Shown here one piece after another: positions 40,831 through 50,539 of a stretch of DNA of 56,838 nucleotides. The notes beneath the pieces were generated by a model. The model was not told the DNA's origin and did no database searches. It saw nothing but the letters and a program-made list of their open reading frames with translations. The position numbers and the translations under genes were made by a program. The stretch is from Cyanophyceae cyanobacterium (lineage in GTDB: Bacteria > Cyanobacteriota > Cyanobacteriia > Cyanobacteriales > Laspinemataceae). Positions within the stretch are counted from its first letter, which is position 1; each line of letters starts with the position of its first letter. The DNA lies in assembly GCA_038321985.1 (NCBI GenBank), contig JBBQFN010000034.1, forward strand, positions 1 to 56,838. Direction: 5' to 3'.

Positions 40831-41975
40831 TAGGCTTTTTTCTTGGGACGTCCGGGTTCAAAAGGAAGTGTTTCGCGGCCTTTGCCAGGGGTCGCTTTTT
40901 CCTGGTCTTCTACCAGTTTTTGAAGATTTTCTGGAAGGGGTTCGCGGGAGAGAATAAAGGTTTGCGCAGTCTGAAAGACGTTAGCAATCACCATGTACAT
41001 CAGAACCCCAGCAGGCAGCGGGAAGAACAAAAACATCCCGGAGAAAATCACGGGGGTGAGCTTATTAACTGTTGACTGCTGCGGGTTATCGCTGGAACCT
41101 GGGCCACTTTGTCCAGAAAGCAATTGGTTAACGTACAAGCTGATCCCAAAGAACAGCACCATACCCACAATATCCCAGTGGATATTACCCTCTGGATCCA
41201 CGGCACCGACGCGCCCGAGGGCTTCGATAAACAGAAATCCTTTATTAGCAGCCAGTCCCGGCAAAGTCGCCTGAATGGTGGCTTCTCCCGGTTGGAGGGC
41301 TTCTATGGTTCCATCTTCATTAATCCGCAGCCGTTCTTCACCCTTGCTGACTTGCCAGCGAGGAGTCAATTCGGTATCTGGATTTTGGGCGAGTAATTCC
41401 TTTAAGGGTTTGCCCTCAACGGACTGAAATTCTAGTTGGGCTTTTTCCCCAACCGTTAATTTATTTCCCGCAGGAAGTAACGCCACGATCGGCGCGTGTT
41501 GTCCATCGGAGAAATAAATATTTTGCTGTGGGGTGGCGAAAGCCTGGGGAATAATCCGCTCAACCTGTTCACTGGGAAAAATTTCAACGTTGACGTTGTA
41601 ATTGATATCTGAGAACGGTGAACCGCGTAAGGTGGCGAACAAGGCAAATAGAACTGGCATTTGAAGTACGACGGGCAAGCAGCCGGACAGGGGATTGCCA
41701 AATTCTTTGTAAACCTTGCTCATTTCTTCCTGCTGTTTAGCAGGTTCTTCTTTGTAGCGTTCTTGAATTTCTTTGACCCGCTTTTGCATGACGGGTTGGG
41801 CTACTCGCATTCGCCGCATACTGCGAATTGAGCCAGCACTCAACGGATACAGTGCAAAGCGGATCACTAAGGTCAAAGCGACAATTGCTAGACCATAGCT
41901 AGGCACGATCCCGTAGAAGAAGTCCAGGATCGGCAGCATTACGTTATTGGAAAGAAATCCGACTCCAAAGTCCAT
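40830..41975 (-). CDS. yidC: Membrane protein insertase YidC/Alb3
   Basis: [26 protein letters not shown] and PLPAGVLMY. Confidence 0.97.
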   Translation of the reverse strand: MDFGVGFLSNNVMLPILDFFYGIVPSYGLAIVALTLVIRFALYPLSAGSIRSMRRMRVAQPVMQKRVKEIQERYKEEPAKQQEEMSKVYKEFGNPLSGCLPVVLQMPVLFALFATLRGSPFSDINYNVNVEIFPSEQVERIIPQAFATPQQNIYFSDGQHAPIVALLPAGNKLTVGEKAQLEFQSVEGKPLKELLAQNPDTELTPRWQVSKGEERLRINEDGTIEALQPGEATIQATLPGLAANKGFLFIEALGRVGAVDPEGNIHWDIVGMVLFFGISLYVNQLLSGQSGPGSSDNPQQSTVNKLTPVIFSGMFLFFPLPAGVLMYMVIANVFQTAQTFILSREPLPENLQKLVEDQEKATPGKGRETLPFEPGRPKKKA

Positions 41976-42159
41976 TCTTTTATGTCAACCTATGCTGTGG
42001 GGAGATTTTTTGTCTATAACCTTGCTTAAATATTAACCATGTTTAAGAGGTTTGATGGCTGGCCCTTTGATTTAGGGCTTTGTGGAGCTATCTGGCAGTA
42101 GGGGCGATCGCACCCAATTTGGATTTTTTGATTTTCGCTACTGCCTAGAGTCGCCGGTT

Positions 42160-42555
42160 TTAACGGCTGCCAATGGCTCCACTGGCCTGTTTTGCTTTAG
42201 CGGACAATTTCTCGGAGATGTAATCATAAACTTCCCGAAAATTAGGAACGCCACGCATTTCTAAGCGGGAACCGTCTTTAAGGGTGAATACCATATCGCC
42301 CCAGAGTCCGAGACCCCGAGCAACGGTCTTCACCTGGACAATTTCCGAGTAGATGATATCACTGCGATCGCGCCCCATCCATCCGCTGTTTATAGAAATT
42401 CGGCGGTTGGTGATGCGGTAGCGCAGCCACAATGCCCGCACGATTGCCCCAACGGTTAAAGGTAAGGCAATCACCGTAAATCCTAATAGGATGTTCACAA
42501 TTAGCTCCCCAATATGAGGACCCCCTTCATAGTAAACTTCCTCGCGAATCGCCAT
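42160..42555 (-). CDS. PH-domain (bPH_2) membrane protein of the cyanobacterial rnpA operon
   Basis: EEVYYEGGPH, YRITNRRI and GDMVFTLKDG; sits between rnpA and yidC. Confidence 0.85.
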   Translation of the reverse strand: MAIREEVYYEGGPHIGELIVNILLGFTVIALPLTVGAIVRALWLRYRITNRRISINSGWMGRDRSDIIYSEIVQVKTVARGLGLWGDMVFTLKDGSRLEMRGVPNFREVYDYISEKLSAKAKQASGAIGSR

Positions 42556-42958
42556 TGAGTACCTCCGCTTGTGCCAACAACTGCTCTAATTCTTGCAGAA
42601 GTTGGCGATAATTGCACTCTCCTGCTGAGGGACGCACGATAAAAACTAGGTCCCACCCTAGGGAAATTTGGGGGAGAAATTCCCGCAATCCGGCTCGGAT
42701 TTGCCGCTTAATTCGATTCCGAATCACGGCTTTTTTACTCACTTTCAGGCTAATCGAAATTCCAACGCGGGTTGGCTGATTTGCCCTAGGCGTTTCTGGT
42801 GAGTTGTCGGACTCCAGCTTAGGCTGTTTCGCTACCCCCACAGGTGACTCGCGCCGTTTAGCTCTCAAGGTCAGGTGACTCGTTTTTCGACTAATTCCGG
42901 TGCGATAGACGGCGCTAAACTCGTTCGGGCGCTTTAGGCGATTCGATGAAGGTAACAC
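42527..42958 (-). CDS. rnpA: Ribonuclease P protein component
   Basis: RLKR..EF..VY and RVGISIS.KVSKKAVIRNRIKR (RNR motif). Confidence 0.95.
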   Translation of the reverse strand: MLPSSNRLKRPNEFSAVYRTGISRKTSHLTLRAKRRESPVGVAKQPKLESDNSPETPRANQPTRVGISISLKVSKKAVIRNRIKRQIRAGLREFLPQISLGWDLVFIVRPSAGECNYRQLLQELEQLLAQAEVLNGDSRGSLL

Positions 42959-43179
42959 GGTTTTTTTACGCTACCCAGAAGGATTTAGATCGGTTTGTCC
43001 CGGGTCATGATCATTCCCTGATTAGGCGATCGCCACAAGAGCAAAGGCTACCTCACTCTCGCTTATTCCCTAAAAAATTAGGGGTCTAGCGGTGGCAATA
43101 GGTTGATCCTGCCACCGATCGCTCCGGGAACGGTTTTGTCCAAGTGAGGGTTTGACTCCATATGCTCTGGAGGACCCGA

Positions 43180-43317
43180 TTAGACTGCTAACCGATAACG
43201 TCCCTTGTTCCGGCGAGATTTAATCACTCGGCGACCATTGGCCGTTCTCATCCGAACTCTAAACCCTGAAACTCTCTTTCTTTTGCGGCTTGTGCCGTGT
43301 AAAGTGCGCTGTGTCAT
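43180..43317 (-). CDS. rpmH: 50S ribosomal protein L34 (missing from the ORF track)
   Basis: [45 protein letters not shown], with a GGAG SD upstream. Confidence 0.97.
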   Translation of the reverse strand: MTQRTLHGTSRKRKRVSGFRVRMRTANGRRVIKSRRNKGRYRLAV

Positions 43318-43436
43318 ACCACTAACTCCTAGGTTGAGACTCTAAACTTTCAAAAAAAATCACAAATTTTTATAGTACCATGCTTTGTGTTTAAAACCAA
43401 TGGATATCTGGATTCTTCGAGCCGTTAGGCTTTGCG

Positions 43437-43478
43437 GACCTAAGCCCTCCCCTTGTACGGAAGGGGAGGGCTTAGGTC
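43437..43478. repeat. Perfect 18-bp inverted repeat (REP-like hairpin or terminator)
   Basis: GACCTAAGCCCTCCCCTT-GTACGG-AAGGGGAGGGCTTAGGTC. Confidence 0.8.
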
Positions 43479-43603
43479 TGCGATCGCTGAACAAAGTCGG
43501 GCGAAACACACAGGGCCACAGATGACTTCAAAATTAAAGGGAACGCCAAAACCTTTGGACGTTCCCTCGTTGTGATTACTCTGTGAGGCTGGGTGTAGGA
43601 AAC

Positions 43604-44137
43604 CTAGTTGATGGCTAGAACCCAAGTGCCGATATATTGAGGAATCGGAGGCCCCCCGCGAGTGACGGCTCGGGCATTAAAATTGTACATCCCTCCAAAG
43701 TTCGGGTTACGGACGTTGGATAAGATGACTTCAACGTCCGTATTCGCCGGAATCGCTTCGGTTGGATAAATTTGAATGAAGCGATTATCTCGATCCCAGA
43801 ATGCATCGTCTAATTCAATCTTGCTGCCATTCACTGTCACTTCGATGCGTTCTTCATTGAACTCGCCTCGGTAAGTTTCGGGATAATCGATCCTCAACTC
43901 AGAAATTGCCAAGTTCACTTTTTCCTTGGGGATTTTTAGCCAATAGCGGTCCCAGCTATTCTCTCTGCCACTTTGCACGCAGTATTTGAGTTCGTACTCT
44001 CGCTTCGGCCCACCAAAAACTGTTAAACCCGAACACCTGAGCGCCCAGCTTGGAGGTGTAGGCATCGCGGTAATTAGTAAGCCGGTAACAGCTATTCCAA
44101 AAAAGACTCGTCGCATAGCAGAATTAGGAGACAACAT
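43604..44137 (-). CDS. DUF2808-like secreted protein
   Basis: Signal peptide and LSNVRNP.FGGMYNFNA...YIGTW; usual neighbour of cyanobacterial rpmH. Confidence 0.75.
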   Translation of the reverse strand: MLSPNSAMRRVFFGIAVTGLLITAMPTPPSWALRCSGLTVFGGPKREYELKYCVQSGRENSWDRYWLKIPKEKVNLAISELRIDYPETYRGEFNEERIEVTVNGSKIELDDAFWDRDNRFIQIYPTEAIPANTDVEVILSNVRNPNFGGMYNFNARAVTRGGPPIPQYIGTWVLAIN

Positions 44138-44419
44138 AAGCTTAATCCGTCACTCACTAGAGCATTTTAGCTGTTTTATAAACTTTTATAACGTGCAGAC
44201 CCGGTTTTTGTGGCCTGCCCGATGGAAAGAGTTCGCCAAGGGTTCCTTAAAATTGATCGCAATATACTTGATCTGTTCCTGATCGGGTTCCCTAATCTGG
44301 AAGACTTGCAAATTTTTGTCCAGTTCCCCCTGAATCCTAGGGTTGGATCCGTTTTTCAACGGGTAAAAATAAAAATTTTTGGGGTAAAACTGTTTCAGCC
44401 TCTATCAGTTAGGGGTGAG

Positions 44420-45466
44420 TTAGTCGGACCCCTCCAGTCCCGGCCAATCGTCGATCGCCTCGGTAGATAAGACGGAGTGCATTCCCGCTTCGGTAAATCG
44501 CGCAAAGGCAGTATCTGCGGCCTCGGTGAAGTCTACCACCCCCGGAACCACGACGGGAGAGGTACAATCCTCCAGCAGATAAACTTTTTGGGCTAAGTTC
44601 GGGTTTCGTTGTTGGATATCACGCAGGAGGTCATCGATGGTCCAAGCAACACAGTGACTTTTGGCTTGTCCGGCGACAATCACGACATCAAATTCTAGTA
44701 ATTTTTCGATTAAGGGGCGGTTGGGAAAGGCGATCGCCTTTCCTTTTTGGTCTAATAATACTTCCGGGCGCAATGCCGAATAATTCTCCGTGAGGGGATG
44801 GTTTCCTTTCATCTCAAATCCCGTGGGTGCATGGCGGGCTAAATTATGAAAAAATATCGCCTCTTCGACAGCAGAAACTAGGGCGTGACCAATGCCACCC
44901 AACAAACTGTGATAGGGCCAAATAATCAAGGGATATTTCCCATCAATAAACAATTGTTTAACGTAGTGGTGAGCATACTCTTGGATTTGGCTAAGGTCGC
45001 GATCGCCCCGACTCTGAGCAACAGTTGGGTTAACTTTCCAAACGCCAGTTTCTACATCATTCAGGGAAATTTCTGTTAAAGGGGGGGGATTTTCCCCGTT
45101 GTCATCCACCCAGAACACCGGATGAAAAATTTGGTGAGTGGTATGGGTATCCAGAGTGGGGATGACGGCGGTAATCCGATGCAAATTTCGATAGATAAAT
45201 TCACATAAGCGCTGGTTATCTTCAACGGCACCCTTACCGCTGCGTCCCCCCACAAAGAGTTCAAAGTCGGGAATGCAAAATGTATTTTGAATGTCGATTG
45301 CTAACAGGCAAATTTTAGGGGAGTCGGTGAGGGCGGGTTGAATTTGGTGGTTCTTGGCCCAAGTTTGGGCTTCTTGCGCAAGCTGCTGGTAAGGGACTCG
45401 CCAAACTTCAGCAACTTTTGTGCGCTCAAAGTGAGGGGGAATGGGTAATAGGCGCGTTGGGTTCAT
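44420..45466 (-). CDS. Isochorismatase/nicotinamidase-like cysteine hydrolase
   Basis: LLAIDIQNTFC, TLDTH, WPYH and AGQAKSHCV. ATG 45466 has an AGGAG SD. Confidence 0.85.
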   Translation of the reverse strand: MNPTRLLPIPPHFERTKVAEVWRVPYQQLAQEAQTWAKNHQIQPALTDSPKICLLAIDIQNTFCIPDFELFVGGRSGKGAVEDNQRLCEFIYRNLHRITAVIPTLDTHTTHQIFHPVFWVDDNGENPPPLTEISLNDVETGVWKVNPTVAQSRGDRDLSQIQEYAHHYVKQLFIDGKYPLIIWPYHSLLGGIGHALVSAVEEAIFFHNLARHAPTGFEMKGNHPLTENYSALRPEVLLDQKGKAIAFPNRPLIEKLLEFDVVIVAGQAKSHCVAWTIDDLLRDIQQRNPNLAQKVYLLEDCTSPVVVPGVVDFTEAADTAFARFTEAGMHSVLSTEAIDDWPGLEGSD

Positions 45467-45757
45467 GTTCTCTCCTGCTGTTGACCAGGCGATCGCCGGT
45501 TTTCCAGAGTGGGTGTCCTGAACTAACCGGGCGATCGCTGATTTTACTTTAACCGGATTGAACCGATCTGGTTGGAGGCTGTGCCACAACCCAGGCAGTC
45601 GCGGCCCTAGGGCCGTTGGATTTACCCTGACTTTTTATTAAGTTTTGTATTTTTGTACTGATGGGTGTTACCCCCTTTGACAAATAGTAGTATTTATGTA
45701 ATCTGGTTCCCGATTGGGAACTGTGATGATTGGTTGCACTAATAAGGAACAAAGAAC

Positions 45758-46276
45758 GTGAAAGCAATAAACCTGACAATTGCGGTAGTGGTGCTAACCT
45801 TATGCTCTAGCTGTGTGGGCGATCGCGCAGATCTTAGACACTTGCAAAAAAATAACCAATGTCAGGGGTGCAATCTAGCCGGAGCAAATCTCAAGGATCA
45901 GGTATTGGGGGGTGCTAACCTCAGAGGGTCGAATCTGGATCGAGCGGATCTCACCAGTTCCAATCTATTTTTTGCCGATCTCGAAAATGCTTCGTTACAA
46001 GGAGCGCGCATCAAGAGTGCGGTATTATCTTCGGCAAATTTAAAAGGGGCAAATCTTCAAAATGCAGATTTGGACAGTGCAGATTTGAGTAGTGCAGATT
46101 TCAGCAATGCCGATCTTAGGGGGGCCAACTTCGAGAATGCAGATGTGTCGAATGCCAATTTCTTTAACGCCCAATTGAGCGGTGCTAATTTCGAGGGTGC
46201 TAATCTCGAAAGCAGTAAAATGGAAGGGGCGATCGGCTTTGTTTCTGATCTGCAACTTGAGCGGCAAATCCATTAG
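45758..46276 (+). CDS. Exported pentapeptide-repeat protein
   Basis: Signal or lipoprotein-like leader, CQGCNL, then A(N/D)LxX repeats. Confidence 0.9.
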   Translation: MKAINLTIAVVVLTLCSSCVGDRADLRHLQKNNQCQGCNLAGANLKDQVLGGANLRGSNLDRADLTSSNLFFADLENASLQGARIKSAVLSSANLKGANLQNADLDSADLSSADFSNADLRGANFENADVSNANFFNAQLSGANFEGANLESSKMEGAIGFVSDLQLERQIH

Positions 46277-46671
46277 AGGTTTAAATTGATGAATTGATAA
46301 GGAGATCGGGCTGGGGGAGGGTTTTCCACGGTCTGGATCTCCTTCAGCATCAGAGCACTCGCCTCTGATTAAGATCCTAGAAATAAAGCAGACGAGAAGC
46401 GGTGATTGCTCCAAAACCAGCTTCTCGTCTGTTTTATTAAACCTCTTGCATAATTCTAAACAAGACTCTCCCAACCCCGCTTATTCAGCAGCCCAGTTCT
46501 ACTCCGAGGGTTCTCCAACGTCAGGAAACTGGGAGAAGAGGGGGGAGAAGAGATCAGAAACCCAATGTCTTTTGAAGCGATTTTAAGCGGGGGTGCGATC
46601 GCGATCGCCTTTGATAAAATTGACATCTAAATAGCATAAGATTAAAACAACTTCGTTTTCTCTTTCCGCTC

Positions 46672-47118
46672 ATGCCCGCCAAAAATTTTTTAACCCTTAC
46701 CCAAAAAAAGAGCTTACAAAATGCTATTCGCCAGAGCGACTGCCCCCGGTTTCGGGAACACGCTCTAATTTTGTTATTGCAAAATGATGGTAAAACCTAC
46801 GAAGAAATTGCCGAATTTTTAGGCTGTTCTTACCGGACGGTTGCCTATTGGTGCGTACACGGGGATCCAGACAATCTCGATAGTCTCAAAGATCGTCGGG
46901 AACAGGGGAATTATCGTAAAGCAGATGAAGCCTACATCCAGTTACTGCTGGAAGTGGTCAAAAAAACCCCGCGCCAATTCGGGCATGAGGCGGAAGTCTG
47001 GACCAGTCAACGATTAGCTGAACATTTGGCCCAAGCAACAGGAATTCAATTAAGCGGCACTCAACTGATCCGCATTCTCCGCAAGCACAAGATCCGCTTA
47101 CCCATGAGTCGGGTCTAA
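46672..47118 (+). CDS. Orphan IS630-type transposase N-terminal HTH protein (no DDE domain)
   Basis: MPAKNFL...LLLQNDGKTYEEIAEFLGCSYRTVAYWCVHGDPDNL...WTSQRLAEHLAQATGIQLSG matches the N-half of cyanobacterial IS630 transposases. No catalytic ORF follows. Confidence 0.75.
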   Translation: MPAKNFLTLTQKKSLQNAIRQSDCPRFREHALILLLQNDGKTYEEIAEFLGCSYRTVAYWCVHGDPDNLDSLKDRREQGNYRKADEAYIQLLLEVVKKTPRQFGHEAEVWTSQRLAEHLAQATGIQLSGTQLIRILRKHKIRLPMSRV

Positions 47119-47308
47119 TTTTTTTGGGGGGATATCTTCTGGGAACCGCCCCAGATATTTTTAGTCCCCTAAAGGAGGTGAGATCCGAGGCCGGATTTTG
47201 CGACAAAAGTAAGGACCGGGACTCTCTTCAAAAGTACCGGGCAAGTTAGAGATCAGTACAAAAGTGGCGATCGCCTTTACTGCTATTTTTCGTTATTTTG
47301 TAAGCAAT

Positions 47309-47443
47309 TTGGCTTAGGCCAAGTTAAGCCATTTGGCGGACGCTTTTTCCTGTCTCCTCACACCATAATAAAAGCACGATCACCCTGAATTTGTTCGACA
47401 CCCTGAGTGTTGCATCACCCCCCAAGCCCTAGGGGGGTTTTTT
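47309..47443 (+). ncRNA. Candidate Yfr1-like small RNA (5' end uncertain)
   Basis: 5' hairpin TGGCTTA-N8-TAAGCCA, motif CTCCTCACAC (47354-47363) and terminator CCCCCC-AAGCCCTA-GGGGGG-TTTTTT (47418-47443). Confidence 0.5.
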
Positions 47444-47880
47444 ATTTGAGTATTAAATAAAAGAGCCTCGCTTCGTGAGTTGACCCTCTCCAATCTTTAA
47501 AGATCTAGCCTTAATCCCTATCCGGTAGATAGGCAAATAGAAGCATTTAAAAAAAACAACACCCCCCAAAACTATGCTGGAGGGATACTGTTTTTCGCAG
47601 ATTACTTGCCCCTGTTGAGTGAAACAAGAAATCATTGATTAACCCTGATGGCAAGACGCCTATTTGACTGAATAAGTAGATGCAACCTTTGTTAAGAGCT
47701 TCTTTGTGGTGAAGTCCTATCGGTTAATTAATTAATACATATCTTTTTCTAACCCGGAAGATGGATGGCACCCCCGATGGGTCTGACCCCTCGGGGGAAA
47801 GAGGAGGGTCTGCGAATTGAATAGGGACCTGTGATTGGCATAACCCCTGAAGCAATGGGGGATGCAGCGATTAAAAATAA

Positions 47881-47916
47881 AAAATAAAAAGCCTCGGGCA
47901 GGGTATGCCCAGAGGC
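47881..47916 (-). terminator. Terminator of metF
   Basis: Minus strand GCCTCTGGGCA-TACCC-TGCCCGAGGC followed by TTTTTATTTT. Confidence 0.75.
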
Positions 47917-47949
47917 GTCTATATCAGGGTGCATCTATAGTTGAGGTGT

Positions 47950-48933
47950 TCAGATAGTGGGGGTGGAGATCCGGATAACTGGAGTGCGATCGCCCAGAGT
48001 CTCCTCATCCGGGCTGAAACTTTCCCGGGAAATCGCCTCAATACCCGCTAAATCCAGGATTTCTGGAATCAAATCTTCCCGTTTCACCGCCATCAGATGT
48101 ACTCCTTGACAAAGAGACTGTGCCATTTTGACTTGTTCAGCAGCGATCGCTACCCCTTCGCACAAGGGGTCTTTTGCCTTTGCCAAGCGATCGATAATAT
48201 GCTGCGGAATATCCACTCCAGGCACACAGCGATTAATAAACTCGGCATTTTTAGCGGATTTTAGGAGAAAAATCCCCACTAAAATCGGTTTACCGCACCC
48301 CTGGGCAATTTCATTCATAAACTTGTCTAACTTGTCAAAATCGCAGACAAGCTGACTTTGGAAAAACTCGGCACCGGCTTCTAATTTTTTCTCAAAGCGA
48401 CTCTTTAACCCGGACCAACTTTTCGATTGCGGATCGATCGCCGCCCCAGCAAATAAATCCGTAGGACTATCGGTTAGGGGTTTATCATTCCAATCCCTGC
48501 CCTGATTCAGTTTAGCGATCGCCTTCAGCAGACGCACGGATTCCATATCAAATACTGATTTAGCATCCGGATGATCCCCGGCTTTCACCGGGTCCCCGGT
48601 GAGGGCCAAAACATTCTGAATTCCCAATGCATTGGCACCGAGGAGGTCCGCTTGCAAGCCAATCCTGTTGCGATCGCGACAAGCAATCTGATAAATCGGC
48701 TCAATTCCCTCTTGTAACAAAAGGGTTGATGCTGCTAACGATGACATTCGTAAAACAGCCCGAGATCCATCCGTAACATTCACCGCATGGACCCGATCTT
48801 TTAAACCATTTGCCATTTTTATCATATGGGCTGGGTTACCTCCTTTCGGTGGCATTACCTCAGCCGTCATTAAAAATTCACCTGTTTTAACAGCTTCACG
48901 AAAGCGAGATAAAGAGTTTTGCGGTTGTTTCAT
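47950..48933 (-). CDS. metF: Methylenetetrahydrofolate reductase
   Basis: AEVMPPKG, NVTDGSRA, CRDRNRIGLQ, LALTGDP and KKLEAGAEFFQSQ. Confidence 0.9.
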   Translation of the reverse strand: MKQPQNSLSRFREAVKTGEFLMTAEVMPPKGGNPAHMIKMANGLKDRVHAVNVTDGSRAVLRMSSLAASTLLLQEGIEPIYQIACRDRNRIGLQADLLGANALGIQNVLALTGDPVKAGDHPDAKSVFDMESVRLLKAIAKLNQGRDWNDKPLTDSPTDLFAGAAIDPQSKSWSGLKSRFEKKLEAGAEFFQSQLVCDFDKLDKFMNEIAQGCGKPILVGIFLLKSAKNAEFINRCVPGVDIPQHIIDRLAKAKDPLCEGVAIAAEQVKMAQSLCQGVHLMAVKREDLIPEILDLAGIEAISRESFSPDEETLGDRTPVIRISTPTI

Positions 48934-48953
48934 AAGAAGAGGGCGATGGGGGA

Positions 48954-49054
48954 GTTCGTAGTAACGACTTCAGTCGTTCTCTTTTGTTCGGTGTCACGAC
49001 TTCAGTCGTCTCTTCAAGTTCGGTGTCACGACTTCAGTCGTTTCTTCAAGTTCG
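48954..49054. repeat. Three tandem 32-bp units, each with an ACGAC-TTCA-GTCGT hairpin
   Basis: Units start at 48954, 48986 and 49018, with a partial fourth at 49050. There are no unique spacers. Confidence 0.9.
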
Positions 49055-49084
49055 ATTTAAGGGTCCCGACTTCATCCCTAATCC

Positions 49085-50095
49085 TTACAACGGAAGAGAA
49101 TATCCAAAGGCAGTTTTGACCCGGTTAAGAGTAGAATTAGCAATTGTTGAGGCTTTTTCTCGACCTTCTCGTAATACCGATTCCAGATGAGTGCGATCGC
49201 CCATAATCTCCTTATATTGGTCCTGAATCGGTTTGAGGGCTGCTATTGTGGTTTCTGTGAACAAGGGTTTAAATTGACCCCAACCCATCTCCTGAGATTC
49301 GGCTGCCACCTCTTCCTTGGTTTTGCCGCTAAGTAGCTGATAAAGCGTCAGTAAGTTATGGCATTCTGGACGTTCTGGGTCATCAAACACCAGTCCGCGC
49401 ATCGGGTCGGTTTTGCATTTTTTGATTTTTTTGGCGATCGCATCGGGAGGGTCGAGCAAATTAATCCGACTCAGTTCCGATGGATCAGACTTAGACATTT
49501 TTTTCGTGCCATCGCTTAAACTCATCACCCTGGCCCCTTCCTTGCGAATCAAGGGTTCAGGTAATTTCAGCACTGGCTCTTTTTCCTTGCCAAATTGATG
49601 ATTCACCCGGGCGGCAATATCTCGGGTGAGTTCTAAATGCTGTTTTTGGTCCTCGCCTACGGGCACTTTATCCGCATCGTAGAGCAAAATATCCGCTGCC
49701 ATCAGGACGGGGTAATCGAGTAGCCCTACGTTGACGTTTTCCCCCTGCCGGACGGCTTTTTCCTTAAACTGGATCATATCTTCGAGCCAGTTGAGGGGGG
49801 TGATGCAGTTAAGCAGCCAGGTGAGTTCTGCGTGTGCCGAGACGTGGGACTGGATAAAAATGGTGGAATGCTGTAAATCGATGCCACAGGCGAGATAGAG
49901 TGCGGCGATCGTGTAGGTGTCTTGGGCTAGAGTTGCTGGAGTATGGGGTGCAGTAATGGCATGGAGGTCCACTACACAGAAATAATTCTCATACTGACTT
50001 TGAATTTCGACCCAGTTGCGGATCGCACCGAGATAGTTACCCAAATGTAGGTTTCCGGTGGGTTGAACTCCAGATAAAACGCGCTGCTTACCCAT
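49085..50095 (-). CDS. trpS: Tryptophan--tRNA ligase
   Basis: SGVQPTG.LHLGNY (HIGH-like), VPVGEDQKQH and KMSKS. Confidence 0.98.
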   Translation of the reverse strand: MGKQRVLSGVQPTGNLHLGNYLGAIRNWVEIQSQYENYFCVVDLHAITAPHTPATLAQDTYTIAALYLACGIDLQHSTIFIQSHVSAHAELTWLLNCITPLNWLEDMIQFKEKAVRQGENVNVGLLDYPVLMAADILLYDADKVPVGEDQKQHLELTRDIAARVNHQFGKEKEPVLKLPEPLIRKEGARVMSLSDGTKKMSKSDPSELSRINLLDPPDAIAKKIKKCKTDPMRGLVFDDPERPECHNLLTLYQLLSGKTKEEVAAESQEMGWGQFKPLFTETTIAALKPIQDQYKEIMGDRTHLESVLREGREKASTIANSTLNRVKTAFGYSLPL

Positions 50096-50539
50096 AGATT
50101 GCTCTTATACTGCTACTGAAAGAAGGAGAAAAACTGGACTGAATCCGTGTTTATCTCTATTATTGTTGACTGTTTTTGACCTAAAGCTCAAATATCCTAA
50201 CAAATCTTGGGTCTCGGGTCATGCGATCGCCTGGTAGGAAATGGATGAGGGCAAGGGACCACCGGGTTAAGGGTCCTCTTTGGCCTATTCCCTCTCGTTG
50301 GGATCCATAAATAGGCGATCGCCTCTACAAAACCCAGCATTTTTGCTCTACGGAGTCTTTGATGTTTTCGTTGTTTTTTAGAGCGAAATAGACTACGGTT
50401 TTGGGCATATTATGAGTTGAGGGAGTTGGCAACGGGTGTGATTAGCAAAGTCCCTACCTTGAATGGAGGGGATACCTTTGCTCTAACAAAGCCGATCGCA
50501 TTCGCAAAACCTCTTTTGGTAAGTGTATAGGAGGTAGCT

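Noticed and set aside
43180..43600. oriC/dnaA expected next to rpmH
   Set aside because: No dnaA and no DnaA-box cluster were seen. The rpmH operon is commonly unlinked from dnaA in cyanobacteria.
47453..47934. Short minus-strand ORFs of 60-61 aa downstream of metF
   Set aside because: They have no RBS or homology cues and lie beyond the metF terminator or overlap it.
46600..47950. Complete IS630 element
   Set aside because: No DDE domain, frameshift motif or terminal inverted repeats could be identified.
48954..49054. Possible mini CRISPR array
   Set aside because: The repeats are head-to-tail with no unique spacers, and no cas genes are nearby.
48934..49084. SAM or cobalamin riboswitch upstream of metF
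   Set aside because: The gap is short and filled by the 32-bp repeats, and no riboswitch consensus is visible.
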